Below, one piece after another: positions 37,466 through 49,054 of a DNA stretch of 64,000 nucleotides; within the stretch, counting starts at the first letter, position 1; the number at the start of each line of letters is the position of its first letter. This stretch comes from Camelus dromedarius (Eukaryota). The position numbers and the translations under genes are program-made. The DNA lies in NCBI RefSeq assembly GCF_036321535.1, contig NC_087437.1:26662001-26726000 (forward strand), in the 5' to 3' direction. The notes under the pieces were generated by a model. That model saw only the letters and a list, made by a program, of their open reading frames with translations. It was not told the origin of the DNA and made no database searches.

Positions 37466-37491
37466 GACTTCTTCTTAAACTACTTTTTTGT

Positions 37492-37804
37492 TATGGTTAC
37501 TACAGGGAGAGGAGGTGGGAAGGGATAAATTGGGAATTTGAGATTTGTAAATATTAACTACTATACATAAAATAAGTAAAAAGTAAATTTCTTCTGTATA
37601 TAGCACAGGGAACTGTATTCAATAACTTGTAGTAACCTATCATGAAAAATAATATGAAAATAAATACATGTATGTATATGTATGACTGAAGCATTATGCT
37701 GTACACCAGAAATTGACACATTGTAACTGACTATACTTCAATAATAAATAAATACATACATATATACATAAATAAGAAACTCCAATTTAACTCATCATTA
37801 AAAA
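37492..37804 (+). mobile_element. Short young L1 3' UTR insertion
   Basis: Nearly the same 3' UTR as the 29.9-30.18 kb L1; TSD aaactacttttttgt (37477-37491) / aaactactttttttgt (37805-37820). Confidence 0.9.
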
Positions 37805-38584
37805 AAACTACTTTTTTTGTACTGAATTTACTTCGCTTTCTTCAAAATCTTTACAGAGGATGTCAACAAGTGGCCAATTGGGATGATTTCTGTTTGTGCT
37901 GTTTATTCTTCACAATCTGATAACAGATACCCTGAACTGGAATGAAATATCTGCAAAGCTACCCAGCAGAGGAAAGGGGGAAAATCAAGAATTTAGGCTA
38001 GGACAGGGAAGCAGTACCTGCACTCATTCCTGAAAAAGCTGTTTTTTCTCAGGGTGTTTATTTTTTAATGATCTTGGGTAAATAGGAGTCAGGGCAAGGC
38101 AGCCTTAGAGAGGGGGTATCTGCAAATGAAAGGGCAGGAGGGGAGCCCCTGGGGGCAATAAAGAAGAGTGAGGGTAACAAAGAGATTTAAAAAAGAATTC
38201 ACTCAAAAGACAAGGTGAGTGGAGTATGCTATAAATTCAAAGCTAAAAATGATCCAAAGGGGCAGTACTTGATATGGGGCATTTTAACTTCGTACATACC
38301 AGACAGACAGAGCGACTCTCTGTTGTGGTTTCCATGAACCTCTGAATAGCATTTGTTGAAGTGAAAAAGAGCTCCATGGAATCCAGAAATATTTGACAAT
38401 GTATATTTACCATATAAATCTTAAAGGGAAAATATCCTGCTTCAACAATGTAATTGCTGCCTGATTGTCTTGTCTTTTGTTACCAAGAGAGCAAAATACA
38501 AATTGTTTGTTTGCGATTGTTCTAGCGTGTTCTAAAAATATTTGCATTACCCTCAAAGGGATAATTGGATAAAGACAAAAGAGG

Positions 38585-38800
38585 AAAAAGCTTGGGCTTT
38601 GGCAACAGACATCGCTGGGTTAGAATTCCAGCCCCACCACTCAACCAGTGTGAAAACTCAAGCTCCCTGAACCTCAGTCTTTCCAGATGGAGAACTTCCA
38701 GGGCAGGTGTGAGGATTATAAGCAATGTTTGGAGAGGCTTCTAGGACAGTGTCTGGCACACTGTTTGTATACGGCTATTGATAAATATCCTGATTATTAC
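38585..38800 (+). mobile_element. MIR SINE
   Basis: ctgggttagaattccagc..tgaacctcagtct..gtgaggatta..ggacagtgtctggcaca. Confidence 0.7.
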
Positions 38801-39210
38801 ATTGTTATTATTGAGTGAGTCTTCAGTATAAAACCATTCACTACGAAGTGCCATTTTGTGTGCATTGAATCTCTCTTGCTAATTCAAAGGAGAATAGTTA
38901 CTCATCAATCACAAAGACCTCCATACAAAATAGTCTTATTTTATAAGGCTTTCTCCTTGAATGGATCCCAAAGATAGAGTTACAGGGAGGTCTTACAGCA
39001 TTTATTTCCCAAAACAATTGCAGACCTTACATAGTAGTACATTGTATTAATACAATAGTAGAAATCATATAGTACAGATATTTTTCTTCTAGAAACCCAC
39101 ATAACATACACATAACATAATTAGAATTAGTAGATTTCCCCTAAATACTGTCAAAGCAAAGTCATACACATTTTTGTCCCTCAGAAACACATTCAGGTTT
39201 TTCTACCTCT

Positions 39211-39669
39211 TGACAAAGATTCTTTGCTTGACCAAACTTTAGTCAGGTTCCTGAACCTTCTCCTAGTCCCATCTGTGCACTTCCTTATAAAATCCAACTT
39301 TAGCAAGAACCCTGCCAAGCCATTTTCCCGAGAACTCCCATGTTTCAGGTCTGGCCACTCTGAGTATCTACTGAGGTTCCTCAGCCTCCACCCACCCTCA
39401 GATGATGTCCGATCACGCTGGCTTGTCTTCAGCAACAATCCTGTTAAGTCAGTTTCTCCAGAATTCCCTTTACCCCTGATGTTTCTTCTAAGTGATTTTT
39501 CATCCATTGACTCCCACTCTGCTCCTTGGCTCTAACTTCCTGCTCGCCCGTGCTGTATACAGAATTGAGAACAGTTCTATACTGAGCCCTTTTCTCCCCC
39601 TATTGTAATAGCCGTGAATAAGCTGGTTTTTACTACTTTAACTACTGTCCAGCTCTGGTTTTTCTGACA
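39211..39669 (+). mobile_element. MER31-like ERV1 solo LTR
   Basis: Starts tgacaaagattctttgcttgaccaaactttagtcagg and ends ggtttttctgaca; perfect 4-bp TSD ctct (39207-39210 / 39670-39673). Confidence 0.85.
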
Positions 39670-40541
39670 CTCTCAAATCCTCAAGACTCACCGTGGTGCT
39701 CTGAGTCATGTAGGTGTTCCACAGATTCATTAGATATGCCCCAATATCTGTGGGATCAAATTCATATTACTACTACACATCTTTGAGGTGGAAAAAAGAA
39801 AGAAATTCCCTGAAGGAAGTAACTATAGTTGTTCTCCCACCACCAAGTTCAATGCTACACTTCTAGGCATTCATCTGTCAATCAGGAATGGTCCCCTCTT
39901 CTTAACTGAAACCCCAAATTACTCCCTCTCAGGCTCTTGTTCATTCCCTTTGTTATTATGACTTCTCAGATTCCCTTGTGGTTCAGGAACCCAGTAAACC
40001 CTGGAACATTTGGCCATCCTGAGTCTGCTGTCATGTTCCAATGACAATGGAAACAGTTTATATTATAATTTTAAAAAGAGAACAGCAGGGAAAGTTTGGA
40101 AAGACCAGGTTCTCAGGGAAAGTCAGGGAAATCAAATTAGCTGGGAAGATTTAATTTTCACAAAAATATTGCCTTTACCCTGAGCTGTCTCTGAGGTCTG
40201 AGCCATAAATGAACTAAGTCTGTGGAAGAAAAGTGCAGTGGAATTTGATGACAGAAAAGGCATGTTATTTTTAAAAATTAAGGAAAGGAATCATGACTCC
40301 AGCTCTTTTCATAATCATAAACAGTGATTGCCTAAACCCATAACATTTACCGGGAGCGGGAGACCTCAGGCATTAGGAAACCCAGTCTTATCATTTTAAT
40401 GATGATGAAACTGAAGTCTAAAGGTGTGGCTGGGACTTTTTCATGGTCACACAGACCCTTAGCACCAAGCTGAATGTGGAAACCCTGAACTCTTCATCTG
40501 TGCGCGAGGAGCTTTATATAAAGAGCAGCCATTTAGGTCAC

Positions 40542-41055
40542 TGGGCTAGTCAGGGTTGTCTAGAGGAACAGAACCAATAGGACATATACAGTTATACGGA
40601 AAAAAAAAAATTATTATGAGGGATTGGCTTATGTGATTGGAGAAGGAGAATCTCACGATCTGCTGTGCACAGCTGGAGGCCCAGGAAGTCTGGGAGTGTA
40701 GTTCCAGTTCAAATCTGAGGGCTTAAGAACCAGGGGAGCCAATAGTGTAAGTCCCAGTCCGAGTCTGAGAGCCCTAGAACCAGGAGCACATCCAAGGTCA
40801 GAAGAAGAGTGAGGCCTCAGCCCAAGCAGGCAGGGCAAATTCACCCTTCCTCCATCCTTTTTGCTCCATCCAGGCCCTCGCTGGATTGCACGTGCCCACC
40901 CTCACTTATGAAGGCGATCTTCTTTACTCAGTCTGCTGACTCAGTGCAGATGTCTTCCAGAGACATCCTCACAAACACCACCAGGAAGAACGTCCTGTCA
41001 GCTCTCCGAGTATCCCTTAGCCCAATCAAGCTGACACATAAAATCAACCATCACA
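40542..41055 (-). mobile_element. MLT2 (ERVL) solo LTR
   Basis: tagtcagggtt..agaggaacagaaccaatagga..caagctgacacataaaatcaaccatcaca; 5-bp TSD gtcac/gtaac. Confidence 0.9.
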
Positions 41056-41284
41056 GTAACCACACATTTTTAAATATGTCCTGTATCTCTTCTTGTATGT
41101 TCAGTAAGAACCTCAGTTGTGTTTACCCACTACATCCGGGGACTGGACTAGTTTCTGACACCTAGTGGACAATCTGTACACCTGGCGGACATCAGAGAGT
41201 GATGGCCTATTCTCAGAGGCAAACCTGCCTATTCTAGGCGTGTGGACCAGACTTTGTCAAAGTAATCTCGTAGCTCATTGTCCT

Positions 41285-41797
41285 TTGGTGGACAATGGAC
41301 CACACGTTTTTTGACAACATTCCAGTCAGGAGGTAGGTCTAAGTCCCCTTGGTCCAGAATCGAGTTGAGTTCTGTCACTACTTTGACCAATAGGATACAT
41401 TAGAAGTGATGCAGTGACTATTGCCAGGCCCAGGTTTGAGAAACTAGAAACTTCTATTTGGAAATTTATCTCTCTGGGTGCCCTGAACCACCACAGAATA
41501 TCTTGATCAGCCTAAGATCATCATGATGGAGAAGCGATGTGTAAGTGCTTCAAATGAGAGAAACCACCAAGCCCTGCTCTACCGGCTTCCCTGCCGAAGC
41601 CACCAGATATGTGGATGAAGTTGTCTTGGACCCTCCAGACCAGCACATTCACCAGCTGAGTATGACCCAGTGACCTCAGTCGATGCTTTATGGAGCAGAA
41701 ACATTGGCCAACTAACGCTGCCTGAGATAATAAAATTTGTTGCTTTAAGCCATATGTTTTGGAGTAATTTGTTACACAGGAATACATAATCAGAATA
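41285..41797 (+). mobile_element. MLT1G/H-like MaLR LTR
   Basis: ctttgaccaatagg..agaagtgatg..ttggaccctccagaccagc..tgttgctttaagcc..gtaatttgttacacag. Confidence 0.8.
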
Positions 41798-41839
41798 GGC
41801 CTCACCCAGGAAACAAATCCTTTTCTGTGCCCTGTGGAG

Positions 41840-42276
41840 AGTTTACTCAAGAATATATTTGACTGTAAATAACAGAAAACCCTGTCTAGCAGCTTAAATG
41901 GAAAACAGAGGTGCAGAGCTGGGCATCCTGGAAAGGCACAGCTTCTCCAGGCTGCCGGCAGGGACCTGGGCTCCTAACTTCCCACTCCACACAGGATGAC
42001 CACTGCCTCTCCAGCCATCACAGCAGTGTTCAAGACAGTAGCAAAAGGCCCATGAGGGTGCCAGGCAAATCTGCTTGTTTTGAGAAGCTGTTCTGGAATT
42101 TTCATCCAACGACTTTCCCTTACATTTCATTGGCAAGATTTGGGTCACATGAGCCAGCTGTAGCTGCAAGGGAGTCTGGGGAGCAAGCACTTTTAGCGCA
42201 GCACATTGTCACCCTTGTGATGACTGAGGTTAGCAAGGAAGAATGGATATTGGATAAGCAATTAGTGTATGCCACA
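41840..42276 (-). mobile_element. MLT1J/K-like MaLR LTR
   Basis: aacagaaaaccc..gcttaaa..ccttacatttcattggcaaga..gctgcaagggagtctgggga..gaatggatattgg. Confidence 0.7.
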
Positions 42277-43430
42277 AGGAATTCCTCCTGTCCTGGGGCC
42301 GCAAGCTGAGGAGGTGCTGTGTGCTACTACAGCTCCTGAATTCCTACAGAGAAGTGGTTCACAGCATACATTTCCTTAGAAGAGTAGTGAGGGTACTTAT
42401 CTTGAAGCTGAACTTTCATAGCAAGTTCACTGGGTTTTGGGGGGTTTTGTTTTTGTTTGTTTCTTAAATTCATCTGTACATTCATTTGGGATGGCTTAGG
42501 GAAGTCTGTGAGTTTTGTAGGGGAGCGTCTCCCCTCCCCCTGCCAAGCACCCTTTGGAACTGACGTTATCTTCTTGGGTGGCGAAACCCCAACAGCCATT
42601 GCTGCTCTAAGGAATGATTTGAAATTTGCTCTTCCCAAATATAAAAGGCCCTAATAACGGAGTCAACCCATAACAATCATTTCTGTACATCTTTGCATGA
42701 CAAATAACCAAAGATGCAAATCCGCTTTCAATAGCACCCACACACACACAAAAACTCATTACAAAAATGGAGGCCTGTCATGTTTGAAATAAGAACTAAA
42801 AAAAAAAAACCTCATCTGAAATCCAAATACCTTATAAGCACTTGAATGTGTAACATGGCCTAAATGTTAATGAAGCAATTCGGCTCACTCAGCTGGACGG
42901 GCAACAAAAGAAACCCTTTTCAAGACACAGCTGTCAACAATTACACTTGGTGGGGTGGAGCTGGCCGATGTTCAGCATCTTAAAACTCATGGAAATGTGG
43001 AGCCTATTTGACTGAAACCATTCCAGACTCCAGGGAAGACAGAAAACCCCTATTTATTTGGCAAGCCGGAGAACGGGATATTCTGGTTAGCTGGGCATCC
43101 CCACCTAGCTCAGAAATAAATGACAGGTTTTTGTAATGACTCCAGGGTGATGCAGAAAGCCCTGAAGAACGAAATAGGATCCCACCTACCCTTCTCTTGA
43201 TGTGGTGATTCAGATGGCATTTCAGGGCCTGGCAGGGCCTCAGTGGTTTCACAGGATCAGGTAGATCTTTTTGTAATATGAACTTTCCAATTATCTGTAT
43301 TTTTATAAACAGAAGTTCATTTTACTATATTATGGTTACTCACAGGAGACAGCCCTCATTCTGGCTAAGTGCTCCTATAAGAATTACTCTCCTAACCCCA
43401 AAACACACACACATGTATATACACGTACAT

Positions 43431-43432
<2 letters not shown>

Positions 43433-43470
<38 letters not shown>
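43433..43470. repeat. (AC)n microsatellite, ~19 units
   Basis: Perfect AC run. Confidence 0.97.
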
Positions 43471-43473
<3 letters not shown>

Positions 43474-44546
43474 TCTAGCAGACATGTCTGAACTGTGGCC
43501 CTGTGACCCCAGATAAACGGACCAGGAGTAACCCCCAACCAAAGCAGGATAATCAGATTCTCTTTTCTGGGAAGTTGGAGGTGAATATTCAGAGAAAGCC
43601 CTGTGGTCTCCAACAGTCTCCTTGAGCAAAGGACATAGGAACTTGGGAATCTAAGGAGAGACCATCTTCTGCTTTGTGCACTGAGACACAAAGAGCCAGA
43701 TGGGAGAGAAAGAAAAAGTAGGAGGTAATTATGCAGAGTGAAGAATGGTAGCCCCAGAAAGAGACCCTCAGAGCGGCTGCCTGGGTTCCCAATAAGCTAT
43801 AGTCCTTGGTTACTGCCCGCACCCCTAGGAGGCCTGACCATGCTTCCTGCCCTCCAACTCCTCGGGGCTCCCCCAGATCCTTCCATTATGACATAGCTGA
43901 TTTGAATGGTTTGGCAGAGGCTATCAGTTTCTTCTCCAATCTTCATTCTTCCTTTCTTCCTCACTAACTGAAACCAGTTTCATTCAGAGCAACTAAAAAG
44001 CCCACAATTCCTCTTAGTTCATTGTTGGTGGATGGGATCCAGGAGGCTCATGAAGGGGTTAGTCCTCCTCTTCTCTCTCCTGCCCTGGACAGAGTTGTCT
44101 TTCACTCTGGAAGGAGGGACAGCAAATCCAAATGGCTTGTGGTGGGCCAGGCCTCGATTAACCCCTTGAGTTATCTCCATTGATTAGCCCAAAGCTTCTA
44201 TAATAAGCTGTAGAGGACTTAGAGATTACAAACTAACTTTGCTTATGTGGCACACAGGTACTACCCTGTCTCCCAGCACCCCCGACCTTGTGCCTGACCC
44301 CCTCTCCTCGTCCACCCCTGTCTACATACATGCAGTCAGGACAACCATAACTGTGCCTGGGGACCCCTGCTCTGGCCATAGCTCACTGGCCCAGGGGTGT
44401 GGCAGTGGCAGTTCCGCCTTCTGCTCCAACCACCCATGCCCCTCAATTGTGTGTCTGGCTCAGGGTTTGCATACCTAATCCAAGCTGCCCCAATCAAGTC
44501 CCTCTTTTAACTTCCATTTTAAGTTTATACTAAGAAATCACTGCTT

Positions 44547-45389
44547 TGTACTATTTACAATCCCCAAGACATGGAAGCAACCTAAATGTCCATTGACAGA
44601 TGAATAGATAAAGATGTTGTGGTATATGTATAGTATGGAATACTACTCAGCCATAAAAATAATAGAATAATGCCATCTGTTGCCAAGGGGGCAGGAGATG
44701 GGAAGGGATAGGTGGGATTTCAAAATTGTAGAATAGATAAACAAGATTATACTGTATAGCACAGGGGAATACACACAAGATCTTACGGTAGCTCACAGAG
44801 AAAAAAATCTGACAATGAATATATATATGTTCATGTATAACTGAAAAATAGTGCTCTATGCTGGAATTTGACACAACATTGTATAATGATTATAAATCAA
44901 TAAAAAATGTTAAAAAAAAAAAAAGAATAGTGCCATCTGCAACAACATGGATGGACCTAGAGATGATCATACTAAGTGAAGTAAGTCAGACAGAGAAAGA
45001 CAAATATCATATGATATCACTTATATGCAGAATCTTAAAAAAAATGATACAAATGAGCTTATTTACAAAACAGAAACAGATTTATAGACATGGAAAACAA
45101 ACTTATGGTTAACAAAAGGGGAAGGAGGGAGGGATAAATTAGGAGTCTGGGATTGGCAGATACAAACTACTATATATAAAATAGATAAACAACAAGGTCC
45201 TACTGTATAGCACAAAGAACTATATTCAATAGATTGTAATAGCCTATAATAAAAAGAACATAAAAAGGAATATATATATAAATATATATATATAATATAT
45301 ATATATGTAAAACTGAACCACTATGCTGTACACCAGAAACTAATACAACATTGCAAATCAACTAAATTTCAATTAAAAAGAAAGAAAGA
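44547..45389 (+). mobile_element. 5'-truncated L1 3' end hosting a nested younger L1
   Basis: ORF2 end (ATTWMDLEMIILSEVSQTEKDKYHMISLIC) plus 3' UTR and (GAAA)n tail; degenerate TSD aagaaatcactgctt (44532-44546) / aagaaaccacagctt (45390-45404). Confidence 0.9.
44680..44923 (+). mobile_element. Nested young L1 3' UTR fragment
   Basis: Poly-A tail; TSD agaataatgccatctg (44664-44679) / agaatagtgccatctg (44924-44939). Confidence 0.9.
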
Positions 45390-45594
45390 AAGAAACCACA
45401 GCTTCAGTGTGATGGCTTTTTTCTGTAGCCAATCCCAATCCAGAGACAACAATTTTAAGGATGATTCTTTGGACGTCTTCTCTACAGATATGAAGGCTGT
45501 GTTCAAGTAGGAGAAATCCAGAGAGCTTACATCAGTTCCCGTCAATCCACTAATCATTTGGACAACAGAAGCCACATGATTGTTCCAAGTGTCC

Positions 45595-46190
45595 TTTTTT
45601 CAAAAAATTGAGATATGAGTCATATACCATAAAAGTCACCACTTTAAAGTGTATGATTCAGTGGATTTCAGCATATACACAGAACTATGAAATCTCCATT
45701 ATCTAATTCTAGAACAGTCCATACCAGACAAAGAAGCCCCATGCCATTAGTACTCACTCCCCACTACTCTTTCCTCTGAGACTCTTGCAACCATTAGTCC
45801 ATTCTCAGTTCTATGAATTTGCCAGTTCTCCAGATCTTGTATAAAAGGAATTATACAATATATGGCCTTTTGAGCCTGGCTTCTTTCACTTAGCATAGTG
45901 TTTTCAAGGTTCACCCATGTTGTTGCATGTATCAGTACTTCATTTGCCAAATAATATTCCATTGCAAGTATATACCATATTCCGTTTATCTACACATCCA
46001 TCGGTGGACACTTGGATTTGCTTCCATGTTTTGGCTATGGTGAGTAATGCTGCTGTGAACATGGGTGTACATATACATGTTAGAGTTTCTGCTTTCAATT
46101 CTTTTGGGTATATTCCTAGAAATGGAATTGCTGGTTGATATGGTAATTTTATATTTAATTATTTTGAAGAACAGCCATTCCATTTTCTTT
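45595..46190 (-). mobile_element. L1MB-like 3' fragment
   Basis: ORF 45747-45962(-) EVLIHATTWVNLENTMLSERSQAQKAIYCIIPF is the L1 ORF2 terminus. Confidence 0.85.
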
Positions 46191-46227
46191 TATTCTTTTT
46201 GACCCTATTGTTAATAGAATTGTTTTC

Positions 46228-46529
46228 TCTTGTTTAAAAAAAAATGCAGTATGTAAAAATAATGAAGTACAGTTGCTGTATAATATTATATAAGTTATAG
46301 GTGTATGATACAGTGATTCAAAAGTTTTAAAGGTTATACTCCATTTGTAGTTTTTATAAAATGTTGGCTATATTCCCTGTGTTGTACAATATATCCTTGT
46401 AGCTTATCTTGCACTCAATAACTTGTACCTCTTATTCCCCTACCCCATCTTGCCCCTCCCTGCTTCCCTCTCCCGACTGGTAACCACTAGTATGTTCTCT
46501 ATATCTGTGAGTCTGCTTCTTTTTTGTTA
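46228..46529 (-). mobile_element. Short L1 3' UTR insertion within an older antisense L1
   Basis: Perfect 16-bp TSD taatagaattgttttc (46212-46227 / 46530-46545); L1 3' UTR motifs (ggctatattccctgtgttgtacaatatatccttg). Confidence 0.85.
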
Positions 46530-47039
46530 TAATAGAATTGTTTTCCTAATTTCATTTTCAGATTGTTCATTGCTAGTGTATAGAAATATAGTTGATTTTA
46601 TATTGATTTCATTACAAATTCCTTTTCAAGTGTTGAAACTCTGACCCTGGGTGTGGGACTTGCAGGGTGATCCCTTTCCTCCTTTTCCTGCACCGGTCCC
46701 GGAGTGGCAGTCCCTCAGTCACTGGCTGCTGCCCTGCTGCCTCCTCCAAGCTGAAATCGAAGTTTTACGGGCTGAAGAAAGAGCCTGAACACATTCAATA
46801 TCCCCAGCCAGTAAGTGAAGTCATCTTACACTTAGAAGTCAGGCGTTCAGAGCTAACCCCCATCCCCTAGTAAAACCCCCAAGCCGCTGCAGATTTGGGG
46901 GTAGGATCAGGGGATCAGTAAGCTTTTCAGCCTCCTCTGATGCAGGGCTGGCCCTGCTTTGTGTTTTTGAGTAAGAAAATATGGCATGATTCACAGAGTG
47001 TTAGACCTTGGAGATGTTCTGGAGCTATTCTATCTTGAT

Positions 47040-47262
47040 CTCTACTCAATTCTCCCCATGCCCCCAACTTCTGATCCCCCACCTCCCATGAAAAGACTCA
47101 CCTTAAATTAGACTTCAAAGTCTCAGTGAACATCCCAAATGCCCTTCCTCCTCTGAGATACGGCTGGGCTCTGTCAAGGTACCATTCTCCCTTACCACAG
47201 CAAGCAATTAACTCAACTTTGTCTTATCGACACTTAGTTCCAGTGATGCTATGGGGAATAGC
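47040..47262 (+). mobile_element. ERV1-class LTR fragment (family uncertain)
   Basis: ctctgagata..ctgtcaaggtaccattctcccttacc..ctcaactttgtcttatcgaca..ggggaatagca; similar layout to 3.4-3.54 kb. Confidence 0.45.
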
Positions 47263-47329
47263 ATTTGGCAAGATAAAAGACTTAAAGAGAAGAAGGAAAA
47301 ATTAAATCCATTAATGAATGACAATAATA

Positions 47330-47730
47330 CAATTTTCTATAAAAAGTATCAATTTGGGTACAACTGGAAAACATTAATATTAAATAATTTTATGGAATTG
47401 TTAATTTTCTTAAGTGCAATAATGGCATTTGGAGATGTGAGATGAAGTGTTTAGGGGTGAAATGTCATGATATCTGCAACTTATCTTCAAATCAATAAGA
47501 ATAAAAATATATTAAAGTATTTTCATGCACACACATATAGAAAGAAAGAACTCAAATATGGTACAATTACATACCTACAGAGAGAGACAGAGAGGAGAGA
47601 GTGGTTATATATTGAGAGAGAGAGAACACAAATATGACAATATGTTAACAATTGCTAAAAACTACGTGGAGTGTAGATGGCTGTTTTTTAACTAGTTCAC
47701 TTTTTCCATATGTGTGAAAATGTTGAGGGA
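47330..47730 (+). mobile_element. Old L1ME/MC 3' UTR fragment
   Basis: tgaagtgtttaggggtgaaatgtcatgatatctgcaacttatcttcaaa..aatatgttaacaattg. Confidence 0.7.
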
Positions 47731-48684
47731 AAAAAGTGGTTGAGGCCGGGAAAACTGGCCTCATTGTTCGACTAGAGACCAAGTAATTTTATTTATTTTT
47801 AGAGCCAAAAAAGACTGACCTTTTCTCCAAACAGAGCCCCAAATAACGTTGTTATTTGTTTCTCTAGCCTTTTCTCATTTGTGGAGGCATCTGTAGTTAA
47901 CCATTGAGAACGCAAACTGTCCACAAAAATTTTAATGTTAAGCAGAAAGATTTTTTAAAAATAACCCTCTTCAGGACTGGTATGTAGTTATGCAAACTCT
48001 GCCTTGCACAAGGGGCATCGTTCATAAAAACAGCTTTGTGAAGATCACCCGGAGACGTGCAAGGAGGATGACCAGTTCACCCTGCTTTGTCCTGGGTGGT
48101 CCCAGTTTTAGCACCAAAAGTCCCACCTCTGCGGTTGGTCTTCTGCAACGCAGACAGCCTGGCTGTGTTTTATAATATTAAACAATGATGAGGTGGGCTG
48201 TGCTGTCCTTGACTCTTTACAAGCCTGCATTAACGTGGTGTTCTGTCAATAGATGGTTCTGGCTCCAGGCGCCATTCCACACCTCTTCACGTCAGCAGGT
48301 GTCTTCCACCCACAAAGTCTAGTGCAAAGGGCTGACATCGATGGTAGGGACACTGTTCAGAAACTGCGACATAGGCTTTGTTGGGCATAGACTGAAATCC
48401 TCCAATATAGGCAGAACAAAAGGCCAACACCAGCCCAACTGGTGACATTTATTTTTGACACTGTTGCCTTTCCGTATTATTTCCCCTCTTAGTATTCTGC
48501 CCTCATCCTCTGCCTGCCTCTGTCCCTTGTAATCATGTCCTAGCTGCTACTTTATGAAGGAGAAAGCTGAGGCCTAGAGAAGTTAAGCAAATTGCCCAGG
48601 GTCCCAGAGCTTGTAAGGGTAGGGGCAGGATTTGAGGCCAGCTTTGTCTGAGCCCAGAGTTCCTGCCCCTGATCACCTCATTCC

Positions 48685-49054
48685 TGCTCTGGACTGAATG
48701 TTTGTGTCTCCCCCTTGCCCCACCCCACAGCCAAATTCATATGTGGAAATCTTAACCCACACTATGATGGTGTTAGGAGTTAAGGGGGTTAAGTCATGAG
48801 GGTGGAGCCCCAGGAGTGAAATTAGTGTCCTTATAAAAGAGGTCCCACAGTGCTAGCTTGCTCTCTCTTCACCATGTGAAGACACAAGGAGCAGGCGGTC
48901 CCCAGCGGGAAGAGGGCTCTCACCGGAACCCCGCCGTGCTGGCACCCTGATCTCGGACTTTCAGCCTCCAGAATAGTGAGGAAGAAATTTCTGTTGTTTA
49001 TTTAGCCACCCAGTGTATGACAGTTTGTTATAGCAACCTGAACAGACTAAGACA
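48685..49054 (+). mobile_element. MLT1A/B MaLR solo LTR
   Basis: tgctctggactgaatgtttgtgtc start, aacagactaagaca end; perfect 5-bp TSD attcc (48680-48684 / 49055-49059). Confidence 0.92.
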
